IMG/VR virus record: IMGVR_UViG_3300017763_003980
Source of the DNA: a virus
Lineage: Duplodnaviria; Caudoviricetes
DNA length: 64,000 nucleotides
Strand: one strand, 5' to 3'
Part shown: piece by piece, positions 63,975-64,000 of the stretch
How the letters are laid out: each line of letters begins with the position of its first letter
Numbering within the stretch: position 1 is the first letter of the stretch
Notes under the pieces: model-generated
Told to the model about the DNA's origin: nothing
What the model saw: the letters and a program-made list of their open reading frames with translations, nothing else
Database searches by the model: none
Position numbers and translations under genes: made by a program

Positions 63975-64000
63975 TGGGACCTTTTTCTTATCATATAGAT

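Noticed and set aside
63974-64000. Possible next gene start (ATG GGA CCT..., overlapping the preceding TAA)
   Set aside because: Only nine codons are visible at the window edge, so it cannot be supported or assigned.
1-64000. Stop-codon reassignment, inteins, introns in core genes, tRNAs
   Set aside because: Core genes (g20, g21, g23, g46, g47, g55) are intact, of expected size, under the standard code; no intein termini or cloverleaf patterns were seen by eye.

Overview
The window is a 64-kb piece of an AT-rich T4-like myovirus (Caudoviricetes) genome read in the standard genetic code. No host housekeeping genes, tRNA, rRNA, CRISPR array, integrase or reverse transcriptase were seen. It holds most of the virion module in a non-T4 order: tail sheath (partial, left edge), neck gp13/gp14/gp15, about 31 kb of tail fibre/baseplate-like genes, head genes gp23/gp22/gp21/gp20, tape measure and baseplate genes. 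It also holds gp46/gp47 and the late sigma factor gp55. Promoters fall into two classes: near-consensus sigma70 (TTGACA-N16/17-TATAAT-like) and T4-late-like (TAAATA). Main observations: (1) sugar-modification genes embedded among structural genes, namely an ADP-heptose cluster (hldE, hldD, gmhB, a cupin, two 2OG-Fe(II) oxygenases), a late-promoter GT9-like transferase plus carbamoyltransferase, and a Maf/CstII-like transferase in the head operon, suggesting virion glycosylation; (2) a canonical -1 frameshift signal joining a gp26-like gene to an ORF missing from the track; (3) a roughly 470-nt structured non-coding region directly 3' of a compact GIY-YIG nuclease gene; (4) a stand-alone roughly 250-nt non-coding transcription unit after the major capsid gene; (5) TAAATA-N5-ATG, probably leaderless, late genes; (6) three Cys-rich fibre-tip paralogs with two chaperones. 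All functional calls come from motifs read by eye; no database searches were run.
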